Assembly (NCBI GenBank): GCA_947628095.1
Contig: CANQYO010000003.1
Location: 1 to 50,847, forward strand
Source: an uncultured Bacilli bacterium
GTDB taxonomy: Bacteria; Bacillota_I; Bacilli_A; RF39; UBA660
Direction of reading: 5' to 3'
Length of the DNA stretch: 50,847 nt
Shown here: in pieces, positions 1 to 10,347 of the stretch
Layout of the letters: each line of letters starts with the position of its first letter
Numbering within the stretch: position 1 is the first letter of the stretch
The notes under the pieces: generated by a model
What the model was told of the DNA's origin: nothing
The model's database searches: none
The model's input: the letters and a program-made list of their open reading frames with translations, nothing else
Made by a program: the position numbers and the translations under genes

Positions 1-283
1 AACGCCCTTATTTTGGACGTTTCTCTTACATTCTCTTTTCACTTTCTGAAACTGGAATTTACTTTTTCATTTCACGAAAAAAATTAAAAAACTAAAATAA
101 TTTAAATAAATATGTATAAACAACTAATACCTACATATAATATTCTTGGTGAGTGATATTAATTATTATTCACCAGAAACACATAGTTGTTTCTATAATA
201 AAACTCTATCAAACTTTAAATTTATATTTATATGTAAATTTTTAGTTAGTATGATAGAGTTTTTATTTATAAAAAACAAATAA

Positions 284-1063
284 TTAACTTATTCTATTGT
301 AAGTTCTTAATATATTTTGATTAGTTACCTTAATTATTTCTTCCCTGGAAATTCCCTTAATCTGACATAAATTATCACATATAATGCTTATATTTTTAGG
401 AGCATTTCTTTCTTTTCGAATAGGTTCAGGTGTTAAATAAGGACTATCTGTTTCAAGTACAATATTATCAAGAGGAATTTCTTTCAAAGTTTCCCTTAAC
501 TTAGTATTTTTAAAAGTAGATACTCCACCTATTCCTAGTAAACAACCAAGTTCAATATAACGTTTAGCATTTTCTAAAGCTTCTGTAAAACAATGAATTG
601 TAATACTTAAATCTTGATATTCTTTTAAAATATTATACGTATCATTAAAAGCAGCTCTTGAATGAATAACAACTGGTAATTTTAACTTTCTAGCTAAATC
701 AAGTTGTAAACGAAATATTCTTTGTTGTTCTTCCTTATTTTCTTTATTATGATAATAATCTAAACCAATTTCTCCAATACCAATTATTTTTTGATTATTT
801 TTTATTAAATCTTCTAAATAACTAATTGTTTGAGCATTAAAATCTTTAATCTCGTCAGGATGGATACCTATTGTTAGATAAATATTTGCATACTTTTTAA
901 TAATTTCTAAACCTTCATTAATTCCTTTTAAATCACAACCAGAAATAATAAAGTTAGAAACTCCACATTTATTTGCTTCTTCTAAAATACTTTCAATATT
1001 ATCAGTTAATTCTAAATGAAAATGTGTATCAGTTAAACCATTCTTATTCATTTTTATTATCAA
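284..1063 (-). CDS. tatD: TatD-family metal-dependent DNase
   Basis: DTHFH, GIHP, GEIGLDYY, IHSR, ETDSPYL motifs; follows metG as in Bacillus. True start may be a few codons downstream. Confidence 0.95.
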   Translation of the reverse strand: MIIKMNKNGLTDTHFHLELTDNIESILEEANKCGVSNFIISGCDLKGINEGLEIIKKYANIYLTIGIHPDEIKDFNAQTISYLEDLIKNNQKIIGIGEIGLDYYHNKENKEEQQRIFRLQLDLARKLKLPVVIHSRAAFNDTYNILKEYQDLSITIHCFTEALENAKRYIELGCLLGIGGVSTFKNTKLRETLKEIPLDNIVLETDSPYLTPEPIRKERNAPKNISIICDNLCQIKGISREEIIKVTNQNILRTYNRIS

Positions 1064-2576
1064 CTCTCATGAAAATTGGCTTAAAATCATTTATATGAAT
1101 ACCAAGTTCAAGATTACCAAAAGTTGTAATACTTGAAATATCTTCATTCTTAGTATTCAATTGACGTAGGATTTCATTGGCTGTCCTTGGTAAATAAGGT
1201 TTTAATAAAATTGCTCCAATTCTAATTGCTTCTAGTAAGTTATATAAAACAGTTTTTAAAAGTTCAGTCTTACCTTCTTTAGCAAGTACCCAAGGCATTG
1301 TCTCGTCTATATATTTATTACATCTTCTAAATATTTCAAATATATAATCTAAAGCTTCAGGAACTTCTAATTTATCCATAGCTTCAACTACTTTATCATG
1401 AGTATTTATTACTAAATCAATTAAATCATTATCAAAAGATGTTGTTTCTTCTCCTTTTTTAATTTCACCATCAAAATATTTAGTTAACATAGATAACGTT
1501 CTATTTACTAAATTTCCAACAGTATTAGCTAAATCAGTATTATATCTTGTAATTAACAAATCTAAACTAAAATTACCATCACTTCCAAATGGAACTTCAC
1601 GAAGTAAATAATATCTTATAGCATCGACACCATAAGCTTTAATATATTCTCTTGGGTCTTCATAATTTCCCAAACTCTTAGATATTTTACCACCATTGAT
1701 AACTAACCAACCATGTCCAAATACTTGATGTGGTAATGGTAAATCTAAAGCCATTAAAATAGCTGGCCAAATAATTGTATGAAAACGAACTATTTCCTTT
1801 CCTACAATATGTAAATCAGCTGGCCAATATTTTTTAAACAACGTATCGTCAGAACTTAAATAACCTAATGCACTTATATAATTTGAAAGAGCATCTAACC
1901 AAACATAAACAACATGTTTTTCGTCAAATGTAACAGGTATTCCCCAATCAAATGAAGTACGAGAAACACATAAATCTTCAAGACCTGGTTTTATAAAATT
2001 ATTAATCATTTCATTCTTTCTAGAAACTGGTTGAATAAACTCAGGATGTGTTTCTATATATTCTAATAATCTATCTTGATATTTACTTAATTTAAAGAAA
2101 TATGCTTCTTCACGAACTAAATTAACTTCTCTTCCACAATCTGGACATTTACCATCAACTAATTGAGTTTCAGTCCAAAAAGATTCACATGGTGTACAAT
2201 AAAGTCCTTTATATTCTCCTTTATAAATATCTCCTTTATCATATAATTTCTTAAAGATTTTTTGAACTGCACGGACATGTTCTTCGTCCGTTGTTCTTAT
2301 AAATTTATCATAAGAAATATCTAAACATTTCCATAAATCTTTAGCATTTTCAATAACCTTATCTACATATTCTTGAGGTGTTACCCCACTTTCTATAGCT
2401 TTTTTTTGAATTTTTAAACCATGTTCATCACTTCCAGTTAAGAAATAAACATCATATCCTTCTTGTTTTTTAAAACGAGCTATACTATCTGCTACTACTG
2501 TCGTATAACAATGTCCAATATGAAAATTTGCAGAAGGATAATATATTGGAGTTGTTATATAATATTTTTTTTCCAT
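1044..2576 (-). CDS. metG: Methionyl-tRNA synthetase (short form, no C-terminal tRNA-binding appendix)
   Basis: YITTPIYYP, HIGH, single Zn knuckle CTPC..CPDC, YVWLDAL, KISKS (KMSKS variant); preceded by a Met T-box. Confidence 0.97.
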   Translation of the reverse strand: MEKKYYITTPIYYPSANFHIGHCYTTVVADSIARFKKQEGYDVYFLTGSDEHGLKIQKKAIESGVTPQEYVDKVIENAKDLWKCLDISYDKFIRTTDEEHVRAVQKIFKKLYDKGDIYKGEYKGLYCTPCESFWTETQLVDGKCPDCGREVNLVREEAYFFKLSKYQDRLLEYIETHPEFIQPVSRKNEMINNFIKPGLEDLCVSRTSFDWGIPVTFDEKHVVYVWLDALSNYISALGYLSSDDTLFKKYWPADLHIVGKEIVRFHTIIWPAILMALDLPLPHQVFGHGWLVINGGKISKSLGNYEDPREYIKAYGVDAIRYYLLREVPFGSDGNFSLDLLITRYNTDLANTVGNLVNRTLSMLTKYFDGEIKKGEETTSFDNDLIDLVINTHDKVVEAMDKLEVPEALDYIFEIFRRCNKYIDETMPWVLAKEGKTELLKTVLYNLLEAIRIGAILLKPYLPRTANEILRQLNTKNEDISSITTFGNLELGIHINDFKPIFMRVDNKNE

Positions 2577-2661
2577 AATTCACCCTTTACATAAAATACC
2601 TTTCTTCTAATTTTATTTTTAAATTTATTAAAAGTTACACATCCGTTTCATATTCACCTCA

Positions 2662-2858
2662 TAAAAAAACGAGTTCTTCCTAAAGGACGAAAAACTCGTG
2701 GTACCACCTTAATTTACATATTTCTATGCCTCAAACTTTTTAACGCAAGTAACGTGTTTCCAAGCTCCAAAACCATCTTCAATTTTAAATTTTTGTTTTT
2801 CTCACCAACCAAAACATCTCTTAAAAAATCTAAAATTTACTCATTTCTTCTTTGCTTT
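2662..2858 (-). promoter_or_regulatory. T-box riboswitch, Met (AUG) specifier, with intrinsic terminator
   Basis: Minus strand shows AGTA...AGAGA bulge...GGTGAGA distal loop...GAAG-ATG-G specifier (ATG at 2776-2774), the T-box AAGGTGGTACCACG (2710-2697), and terminator CGAGTTTTTC..GAAGAACTCG followed by a T-run. Confidence 0.93.
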
Positions 2859-2887
2859 ATGCATGTATTCTATCATAAAAAAATAAA

Positions 2888-3409
2888 CTATTCAAGATAT
2901 TTATCTAAAAATAATTCCATGATTTTAAATATTTCTAAATCTTCTTTAGTAATATTATTCTCTGATAACATAATTAAAAGTCCTACTGTATCTCCATTTT
3001 TAATAATTGTTTTTATATTATAAGCAACAGTAATTGCCTCTTTATCATTTATTAAAGTTAAAGAAATTGGTTCTGTTTCTAAAACATCACTTCTCGTATC
3101 TATTAAATGACTAAGATAAGGACTAATAAATTTTCCTTTTAATTCCTGATATTTATATGGTGTTAAAACAATAGAACTTAAATCTGTAAAAAATATATAT
3201 TTTTCTTTAACATTTTCAATTACTGAAATTAAATTAGCAAGGGCAATATCATATTTATCTATATTTGAATAACGATTTAAAATAATACTATCGTTTGAAA
3301 CATTTATTTCAACTTGTTCATTTTCTTTTATTTTTAAAACTTTTCTAATTTCTTTTGGTATAACTATTCTTCCTAAACTATCAACTCTTCTTACCATACC
3401 TGTTGCCAA
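2888..3409 (-). CDS. spoVT: SpoVT-like regulator (AbrB-type N-domain plus GAF-like C-domain)
   Basis: ATGMVRRVDSLGRIVIPKEIRK matches the AbrB/SpoVT N-terminus; about 175 aa with C-terminal PI/II..NGD.VG pattern; near mfd. Likely TTG start at 3409 after RBS GGGTGA (ORF track gives 3418). Confidence 0.85.
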   Translation of the reverse strand: MATGMVRRVDSLGRIVIPKEIRKVLKIKENEQVEINVSNDSIILNRYSNIDKYDIALANLISVIENVKEKYIFFTDLSSIVLTPYKYQELKGKFISPYLSHLIDTRSDVLETEPISLTLINDKEAITVAYNIKTIIKNGDTVGLLIMLSENNITKEDLEIFKIMELFLDKYLE

Positions 3410-3479
3410 ATTAATCACCCAATTTTAGTATTGATTAAAATTTAATAATTATACAAAAAAATGAAGAAATATAAGAATT

Positions 3480-4073
3480 TTATATTTCTCCAACAGTATT
3501 TTTATTAAGTTCTAAATATTTAGAATAAGTTTCTTTAAAAGTATTAATTAAAATTGTATCACGAGTTTTAACAATATCTAAAACTTTTTCATTTAAGTTA
3601 GTAATAAATATTTCATTTAAATAAGAATTTAAGCGTTTATTTTTAAATTCTTCCTTAATGTATTTTTTAATTGAATTTTCTAAAAGTTCAATTAATTCTT
3701 TTGAATATTCACTTAACTCTTCTTTAAATGAATTTAGATTTTCATTCAATTTTATTTTAAATACATCAATATTAGCTATTAAATCTAAGTTAGATTTTAA
3801 ATATTTACTTTTAGAATTAATTAAATTCATTAATTTTTCCTGATAGGAATTAACAAATATTTGAATTTGTTTAGTTATTTCTTCTTTATTAGTAAAACTT
3901 TCATTTATTTCAAGAATTTTTAAATTTACAGTATCGGGAATAGAATTCAAGAGATTATCAATTGCTAAAATTAGAACTTCCATATTATTGTCAATATCAA
4001 GATTTAGTTTATTTAAGTATATTTCTTTATTTTTTACTTCTAACTGCTTCTTAACATCTTCTTCTTTTTCCAT
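3480..4073 (-). CDS. Hypothetical helical/coiled-coil protein
   Basis: 197-aa ORF with RBS AGAAAGG; K/E/N/L-rich; no recognisable motif. Confidence 0.75.
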   Translation of the reverse strand: MEKEEDVKKQLEVKNKEIYLNKLNLDIDNNMEVLILAIDNLLNSIPDTVNLKILEINESFTNKEEITKQIQIFVNSYQEKLMNLINSKSKYLKSNLDLIANIDVFKIKLNENLNSFKEELSEYSKELIELLENSIKKYIKEEFKNKRLNSYLNEIFITNLNEKVLDIVKTRDTILINTFKETYSKYLELNKNTVGEI

Positions 4074-4164
4074 ATTAACCCTTTCTATTATTCAATTTAC
4101 AAGAATAGCATAGCAATTTTTAATAAAAAAGTCAAATTTAAAAAAAATTAAGACTTTTTAAATC

Positions 4165-5010
4165 TTAATTTTCAAGTTCACCCATTTTATAAGCAAGAAG
4201 GAAGCCAACTATAAACAAAACGGCCGCTACTAAAGCTTCAATTATAGAAAAGCTAGTTGCTAAAAGAGGGTAAATAATAGCAATAATAGAAGCTAAGACA
4301 AAACCAAGAACGCCATAATAGGTTTTAGTTTCATATTTCTTCAATAAAAATTCAATTAATTTAGCCACTAAGATTATACCAATTATTACTCCAAGACCAA
4401 ATGGTGCTAAGATTAAAAAGTTATGTCCTAATAAACTAAAATTAGTTAAACTACGAATTGTATCAATAAGAGGTTTATAATAACCTAAAAACATTAAAAC
4501 AAAAGAACCACTTATACCAGGAATAATCATTGTAGAAGATGCAAGCATTCCAACTAAAAATAAAATTACATAACCACCAAAAGTTAAATTATTAAAACTA
4601 ACAACCAAATCTCCTGATTTTAAAAAGGTTAAAACTGTAATTAAAACAAATGTTAAAGCAAAAATTAACCAATTACTAATACTTTTCTTTTTAGTATTTA
4701 CTTTCTTCCATAAAACAGGTATTCCCCCTAAAATTAAACCTATGAAAAACAAAGTTGTTGCAAAGGGAAATTTATCTAAACTTATTCCGATAATCTTACT
4801 AAACAATAAAATAGCTAATACAAGTCCTATGGCAATTGGTAATAAAAATTTTAGATTTTTCTTGAAATTTTGAAAGAAATGACTGATTGTTTCAATTAAT
4901 TCTTCGTATATTCCAAGCGTAATCATTAATGTTCCCCCACTTACACCTGGAATTACATTAGCAAGTCCTATAAACATTCCTTTAATAATTAACATTATAT
5001 TTTTTTTCAT
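4165..5010 (-). CDS. DUF368-family membrane protein (undecaprenyl-phosphate translocase family)
   Basis: Duplicated IPGVSGGT / IPGISGS motifs and multiple TM helices. Confidence 0.9.
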   Translation of the reverse strand: MKKNIMLIIKGMFIGLANVIPGVSGGTLMITLGIYEELIETISHFFQNFKKNLKFLLPIAIGLVLAILLFSKIIGISLDKFPFATTLFFIGLILGGIPVLWKKVNTKKKSISNWLIFALTFVLITVLTFLKSGDLVVSFNNLTFGGYVILFLVGMLASSTMIIPGISGSFVLMFLGYYKPLIDTIRSLTNFSLLGHNFLILAPFGLGVIIGIILVAKLIEFLLKKYETKTYYGVLGFVLASIIAIIYPLLATSFSIIEALVAAVLFIVGFLLAYKMGELEN

Positions 5011-5072
5011 AATACTCCTTTATTTATCTCTTCTTAATTATATTATTTTTTAACTTAAATAGAAACTATTTT

Positions 5073-8000
5073 TTAAGATTTTAATAAATCTATTAAATAA
5101 TAAATTGGATGTTTTTCTAAATTAGTTGTTATAAGAGTTACAAAAAGTCTAAAATGTTGATAACTAAATTTAAAATTACGACTTATTTCATAAGCTTTCA
5201 TGAATAATTCGTCTCCATTTATTTCTTTAGTTTTTTCAATACTAAATATTAATTCTATTTTATTTTTCTCTTCATGTACTTCTTCAATTCCAGCTTGTTT
5301 AGCTAATTTTTCAAACCATTCTTCTTGCATATAAATTAACATATCTTCATTTATCTTACCAAATCTATCTTCAAGTTCAGCTTTAATATCTTTTAATTTA
5401 TCATAAGAATTAATTGTATTGATTAATTTATGAATTTCAATCTTTAAATCATTATCTGAAACATAATTCTCGTCAATATGAGTTGAAACATTAATTAAAG
5501 GTTTTTCTTCTTTAACAACTTCTTCAACTATTTCTTCACCTTTTAAACGTTTTACTTCGTCATTTAAGATTTTTAAATATAAATCTATTCCTACTGTATC
5601 AATAAAACCAGCTTGTTCACTTCCTAATATATCACCAGCTCCACGAATTGATAAATCACGACTAGCAATTGAATAACCACTTCCAAGTTCTGTAAATTCT
5701 TTTAAAACATTTAAACGTTTAATAGCTGCTTCAGTTAACATTTTACGTTCAGGATACATTAAATAAGCATAAGCAATTTTATCACTTCTACCTACTCGTC
5801 CTCTAATTTGATATAATTGAGCAAGTCCAAAGCAATTAGCATCTAAAACAATTAACGTATTAGCATTAGCTATATCAATTCCTGTTTCAATTATAGTTGT
5901 ACAAAGTAAAATATCATATTCATGATTAATAAATTTTAACATTCTATCTTCAAGTTCAATTTTACTTAATTTTCCATGAGCCACAATAATTCTAGCACTA
6001 GGAACTAATTTTTGAATTTCTTCTTTTTTAGCTTCTATTGTTTCAACCCGATTATAAAGAATAAATACTTGCCCATCTCGACTAATTTCTTTAACAATGG
6101 CATCTTTAATAATTTCTTCTTGCTCATAAACAACATAGGTTTGAACAGGAAATCTATTAACTGGTGGAGTTTCAATTACTGAAATAGACCTAATTCCAAC
6201 AATAGACATTTGTAAAGTTCTTGGAATAGGAGTAGCTGTTAAAGTCAAAACATCAACTGATGCTTTATATTCACGTAATTTTTCTTTATGAGCTACTCCA
6301 AATCTTTGTTCTTCGTCAATTATCAATAACCCTAAATTTTTAGGTTTTATATCATTACTTAATAAACGATGTGTTCCAATTACTAAATCATAAGTTCCAT
6401 TTTTTAAACCTTCTGTTATTTCTTTTGCTTGTTTAGGAGTTGTAAATCGATTTAAAAGTCCTATTTTGATTGGAAAATTTTTAAATCTCTCAACTGCACT
6501 TTGATATTGCTGGTTAGATAAAATAGTTGTTGGGCATAAATAAAGAACTTGTTTAGCATCATATACTGCTTTAAATATAGCTCGAAAAGCAACTTCCGTT
6601 TTACCAAACCCTACATCTCCACATAGAAGTCTATCCATTGGATGGCTATCTTCCATATCTTTTTTTATTTCTAAAAAAGCTTTAATTTGGTCTTTCGTTG
6701 GAGTATAAATAAATTCATTATAAAACTCTTCATGATAACTAGTATCTTTAGAAAAAGCAAAACCTTGTTGCATTTCTCTTTCAGCATAAATATGAATTAA
6801 TTTAGCTGCTATATCATGTACTTTATTAATAATTCTTTGTTTATTCTTTTTCCATTCCAAACTTCCTAAGCCATTAACTTTAGGAACCATCCCTTCTTTA
6901 CCAGAATATTTACTAATTAAATCTATTTTTTCAACTGGAATATATAGTTTATCGTCACCTTTATATAAAATCTCTAAATAATCTTTTTTTAAAGAATTAA
7001 CTGTTAAAGTTTTAATTCCATTATAAATACCTATTCCATTAATACTATGAACGATATAATCTCCTACTTCTAATTTATTTATATTATTTATTTTAGTAGC
7101 ATATTTAAACTTAGTTTTATACTTATGCTTTTTAGTTTGCATATTAAATAAATCAGCACTTGTTAAAATAATACGATTATCATATATAAACCCTTTTTGT
7201 AAATCTAAAGTAATGATATTAACAATATCAAAATTTAAATTATCAGTAGTTGTTAGTATGTATGGAACTTCAAGATACTTAATAAAATTTTTAATTTGAT
7301 ACTCTTTTAAACAAATAATTACCTGTTTTTTAGAAGCTAAAGCTTGTTTTAAATAATTATTAATTGCTTCAATATTTTCATGAAATTTAGGTGCTTCAGT
7401 GACTTTAAAATCATGTTCTTCAATAAATTTATGATTAACAACTAAATTATCAAGACTTAAGTAATGAATAACTTTATTACTATCTAAAATATCTAAATTA
7501 AACATATAATTACCATGATAATCTTTATCTCCTTCATGATAACTTTTTATTTCTTCTTGTATTTTCTGATATGCAGTAGATATTCTTGTATAGTCTTTAA
7601 CAACTGTTAAATGTTTATCTAAATAGCCTTCTATATTAGTAATTTCTTTATTATAAAAAGGTAAATTCTTTTGCTCTTTAGATACTTCTTGACTATTATC
7701 ATCTAATAAAAACTCTGTATAAGGGTAAATAGTTATTTCTTTTATTTCTTTCAAAGATTTTTGAGTTTCTTCGTCAAATATACGAATGGAATCTATTTCA
7801 TCACCAAAAAATTCTAAACGAATTGGATGGTTATTAGAAACAGGAAAGATATCGATTATAAAACCTCTAACTCCTAATTCTCCAGTAGTCGTTACTATTG
7901 TTTCACGTTTATAACCCATATTAAATAGTTTTAAAACTAAGTCTTTAGGGTTTATTTCTTCACCTATTTTTAAAGTAAGAATATTTGAAAGATAAGTTTT

Positions 8001-8354
8001 TTTACTTGGTAAATATCTTAAATATCCCATTAAATGAGTAATAACTATTTTTTTAGATTCTAAAATTAATTCATTTAAAGTTTCTAATCTGGTAACCATT
8101 AAATCAGGACTGGAACTAATAGCAACACTAGTTAAAAAATCGTCCATTGGAAAAAATAAGACATCTTTAGTTATATTACTTAAAATATTTAATAAATTAC
8201 TAGCCTCTGTGATATTACTAGTTAAAACTAAAATACCTTTATTTGAAGTTTTAAGTTTTTTTACTAACCAAAGGCAAAAAGACTCATCAGTCATTCCTGA
8301 TAAGCCAACATTTTCTTCTTGTTTTATATTAAATATATCAAATAAATTATGCAT
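5073..8354 (-). CDS. mfd: Transcription-repair coupling factor
   Basis: UvrB-like module, CarD-like RID, GDVGFGKT, DEEQ, TATPIPRT, QIRGRVGRS, TRCF C-domain. Confidence 0.97.
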   Translation of the reverse strand: MHNLFDIFNIKQEENVGLSGMTDESFCLWLVKKLKTSNKGILVLTSNITEASNLLNILSNITKDVLFFPMDDFLTSVAISSSPDLMVTRLETLNELILESKKIVITHLMGYLRYLPSKKTYLSNILTLKIGEEINPKDLVLKLFNMGYKRETIVTTTGELGVRGFIIDIFPVSNNHPIRLEFFGDEIDSIRIFDEETQKSLKEIKEITIYPYTEFLLDDNSQEVSKEQKNLPFYNKEITNIEGYLDKHLTVVKDYTRISTAYQKIQEEIKSYHEGDKDYHGNYMFNLDILDSNKVIHYLSLDNLVVNHKFIEEHDFKVTEAPKFHENIEAINNYLKQALASKKQVIICLKEYQIKNFIKYLEVPYILTTTDNLNFDIVNIITLDLQKGFIYDNRIILTSADLFNMQTKKHKYKTKFKYATKINNINKLEVGDYIVHSINGIGIYNGIKTLTVNSLKKDYLEILYKGDDKLYIPVEKIDLISKYSGKEGMVPKVNGLGSLEWKKNKQRIINKVHDIAAKLIHIYAEREMQQGFAFSKDTSYHEEFYNEFIYTPTKDQIKAFLEIKKDMEDSHPMDRLLCGDVGFGKTEVAFRAIFKAVYDAKQVLYLCPTTILSNQQYQSAVERFKNFPIKIGLLNRFTTPKQAKEITEGLKNGTYDLVIGTHRLLSNDIKPKNLGLLIIDEEQRFGVAHKEKLREYKASVDVLTLTATPIPRTLQMSIVGIRSISVIETPPVNRFPVQTYVVYEQEEIIKDAIVKEISRDGQVFILYNRVETIEAKKEEIQKLVPSARIIVAHGKLSKIELEDRMLKFINHEYDILLCTTIIETGIDIANANTLIVLDANCFGLAQLYQIRGRVGRSDKIAYAYLMYPERKMLTEAAIKRLNVLKEFTELGSGYSIASRDLSIRGAGDILGSEQAGFIDTVGIDLYLKILNDEVKRLKGEEIVEEVVKEEKPLINVSTHIDENYVSDNDLKIEIHKLINTINSYDKLKDIKAELEDRFGKINEDMLIYMQEEWFEKLAKQAGIEEVHEEKNKIELIFSIEKTKEINGDELFMKAYEISRNFKFSYQHFRLFVTLITTNLEKHPIYYLIDLLKS

Positions 8355-8914
8355 TATATTCTCCTATTATATTCTGCCATTAATCTATCAAACGACATAG
8401 TAAAATAGTCGTCTAAAATATTCATAATTAAGGGTTCGAGTTGAGTAAAAACCAACATTTCTTCTCTATTAAAATTACCTAATACATAATCTTTAGTATC
8501 TATCTCTTTATTATTAGAAATTCCTATCTTTAATCTTTTAAAATCTTCACCTATATAGTTAATTATATTTTTTATACCATTATGTCCCCCACTTGAACCT
8601 TGGCTTTTTAATTTAAGTGAACCTAAAGGAATATCTAAATCGTCATGAATTACCAAAATATCAGAATTCTCTATTTTATAATAATTTTTAAATTTAACAA
8701 CAACTTCACCCGATAAATTCATAAATGATAAAGGTTTTAAAAAGATTACATCTTGATTACGATACTTAGTTTTTAAATATAACCCATTAAATTTCTCTTT
8801 AAATTCCCCTAAATTCTTTTCTTTAATAAATAAATCAAGGAATTTAAAACCAACATTATGTCTTGTATTTTGATATTCTAAACCAGGGTTTCCAAGTCCT
8901 ACAATTAATTTCAT
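8354..8914 (-). CDS. pth: Peptidyl-tRNA hydrolase
   Basis: LIVGLGNPG..Y..TRHNVG, KPLSFMNLSG, HDDLD, GGHNG. Confidence 0.97.
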   Translation of the reverse strand: MKLIVGLGNPGLEYQNTRHNVGFKFLDLFIKEKNLGEFKEKFNGLYLKTKYRNQDVIFLKPLSFMNLSGEVVVKFKNYYKIENSDILVIHDDLDIPLGSLKLKSQGSSGGHNGIKNIINYIGEDFKRLKIGISNNKEIDTKDYVLGNFNREEMLVFTQLEPLIMNILDDYFTMSFDRLMAEYNRRI

Positions 8915-8937
8915 AATTCCTCCTTTATTTTTTATTT

Positions 8938-10338
8938 TTATTCATTAACTAATTTTTTTACTTTCTCTTCTTGTTTTTCTTCTTGCTTTTTACTAAAAAA
9001 TCTTTTAGTTGCAAGAGCTAAAGTTTTATCATACAAACAATTATGCTCTTTTAAGAAATTAATTATCTCGTCTTTTTCTTCTTTAGTTACAACATGTCCT
9101 GAACCAATAATTGGCATATTTTCTGCATCAAATTCAACATTAACAGTTAATTTATCTTCATAGAAATAACGAATACTTCTCTCGTTTAAAGGTATTAAAT
9201 CTTTATTTCTTGAAAAGAAACATCTAAATAAATATAATTGTTGTTTATTACATTTACCTTTTAATTCTTGTTCATATAATTCATTAAAAGATAAATTAGT
9301 TATCATATAATAATCTAAGATATTGAATGGACGAACTGTTCCATTATCTTCAATTCCTGATTGTAAATAATATAAAATTGTATCTGCAATTGAATTGGGT
9401 TTTGTAAGTGATTGATATTTTTTATATAATTTTTTATCTTTTAGTTTTATTAAATTTAAATAGTATTCCCATTGTTTATTAGTTAAATTATGAGCTTTTA
9501 GAAATTCTTCAAAAGATATTTGACTTTCTACATTTTCTTCTTGTTCTATATATTCTTCTAAAAGCTTTTTACCTTCTTTAAATTCAACTACTAGCATATC
9601 AACATTTCCATATTTTCTATCATATTCTAATTTTTTAATTTGATATTCATTATAATATTTTAATTTTTCAAGTAACTCTTCTTTTTCTTCTTCAGTTAAA
9701 GAAAATTCTTTAGCATAGTCATTTACTTTATTAATAAGAGTTGTTACATTTAAAATACTATTGTCAAATATATTAATCACTTCTTGAAGATTTGCTGCAT
9801 TACGAATATCAGTTAAAGTTTCTGTTATAGTTGTAATTTTTTCTTTTAATAAGTATTTATAATGTTCTTCAACTTCTGAAACAGAAACTTTTCTAGCAAG
9901 TTCAAATCTAGCTACTCGAACACAAGTATCATGAAAATCTAAATTCCAGTTTTTTAATAAATTTTCAATTGCAAGTAAATCATAGTTAAGATTTGCCATA
10001 TTACTTTGAATAAATGACATAATATTATATATTAAACTTTCATTGGTATATATACCACCAATTATATCTTCAACACTTTTTGTTTCTTGATTTCCCATTG
10101 CCTTAATTACTTTTTCATATTGAGTTATATAACGCATAGCATCACTTCCAACAAGAAAACGCATAATTAAAGTTGGCATTTCATAAAACTTTTGTTCTAA
10201 ATTTTTAGTTAAATACATAAAAACTGCTTGTTTAAATTCTTTTTCTTTTAAATTGTGTTTTTGAATATACTTTAAAATTGCTCTATTACTCCATTTATTT
10301 CTAACACATATTTGATAATATTTTTCCATTTCTTCCAT
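8938..10338 (-). CDS. Hypothetical 466-aa soluble helical protein
   Basis: Long ORF with strong RBS GGAGGT and native codon usage; no recognisable family. Confidence 0.8.
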   Translation of the reverse strand: MEEMEKYYQICVRNKWSNRAILKYIQKHNLKEKEFKQAVFMYLTKNLEQKFYEMPTLIMRFLVGSDAMRYITQYEKVIKAMGNQETKSVEDIIGGIYTNESLIYNIMSFIQSNMANLNYDLLAIENLLKNWNLDFHDTCVRVARFELARKVSVSEVEEHYKYLLKEKITTITETLTDIRNAANLQEVINIFDNSILNVTTLINKVNDYAKEFSLTEEEKEELLEKLKYYNEYQIKKLEYDRKYGNVDMLVVEFKEGKKLLEEYIEQEENVESQISFEEFLKAHNLTNKQWEYYLNLIKLKDKKLYKKYQSLTKPNSIADTILYYLQSGIEDNGTVRPFNILDYYMITNLSFNELYEQELKGKCNKQQLYLFRCFFSRNKDLIPLNERSIRYFYEDKLTVNVEFDAENMPIIGSGHVVTKEEKDEIINFLKEHNCLYDKTLALATKRFFSKKQEEKQEEKVKKLVNE

Positions 10339-10347
10339 ATAAACCTC

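Noticed and set aside
7899..7914. TGTTTCACGTTTATAA in mfd as a parS site
   Set aside because: Only the left part matches; the right arm has four mismatches and lies in conserved coding sequence.
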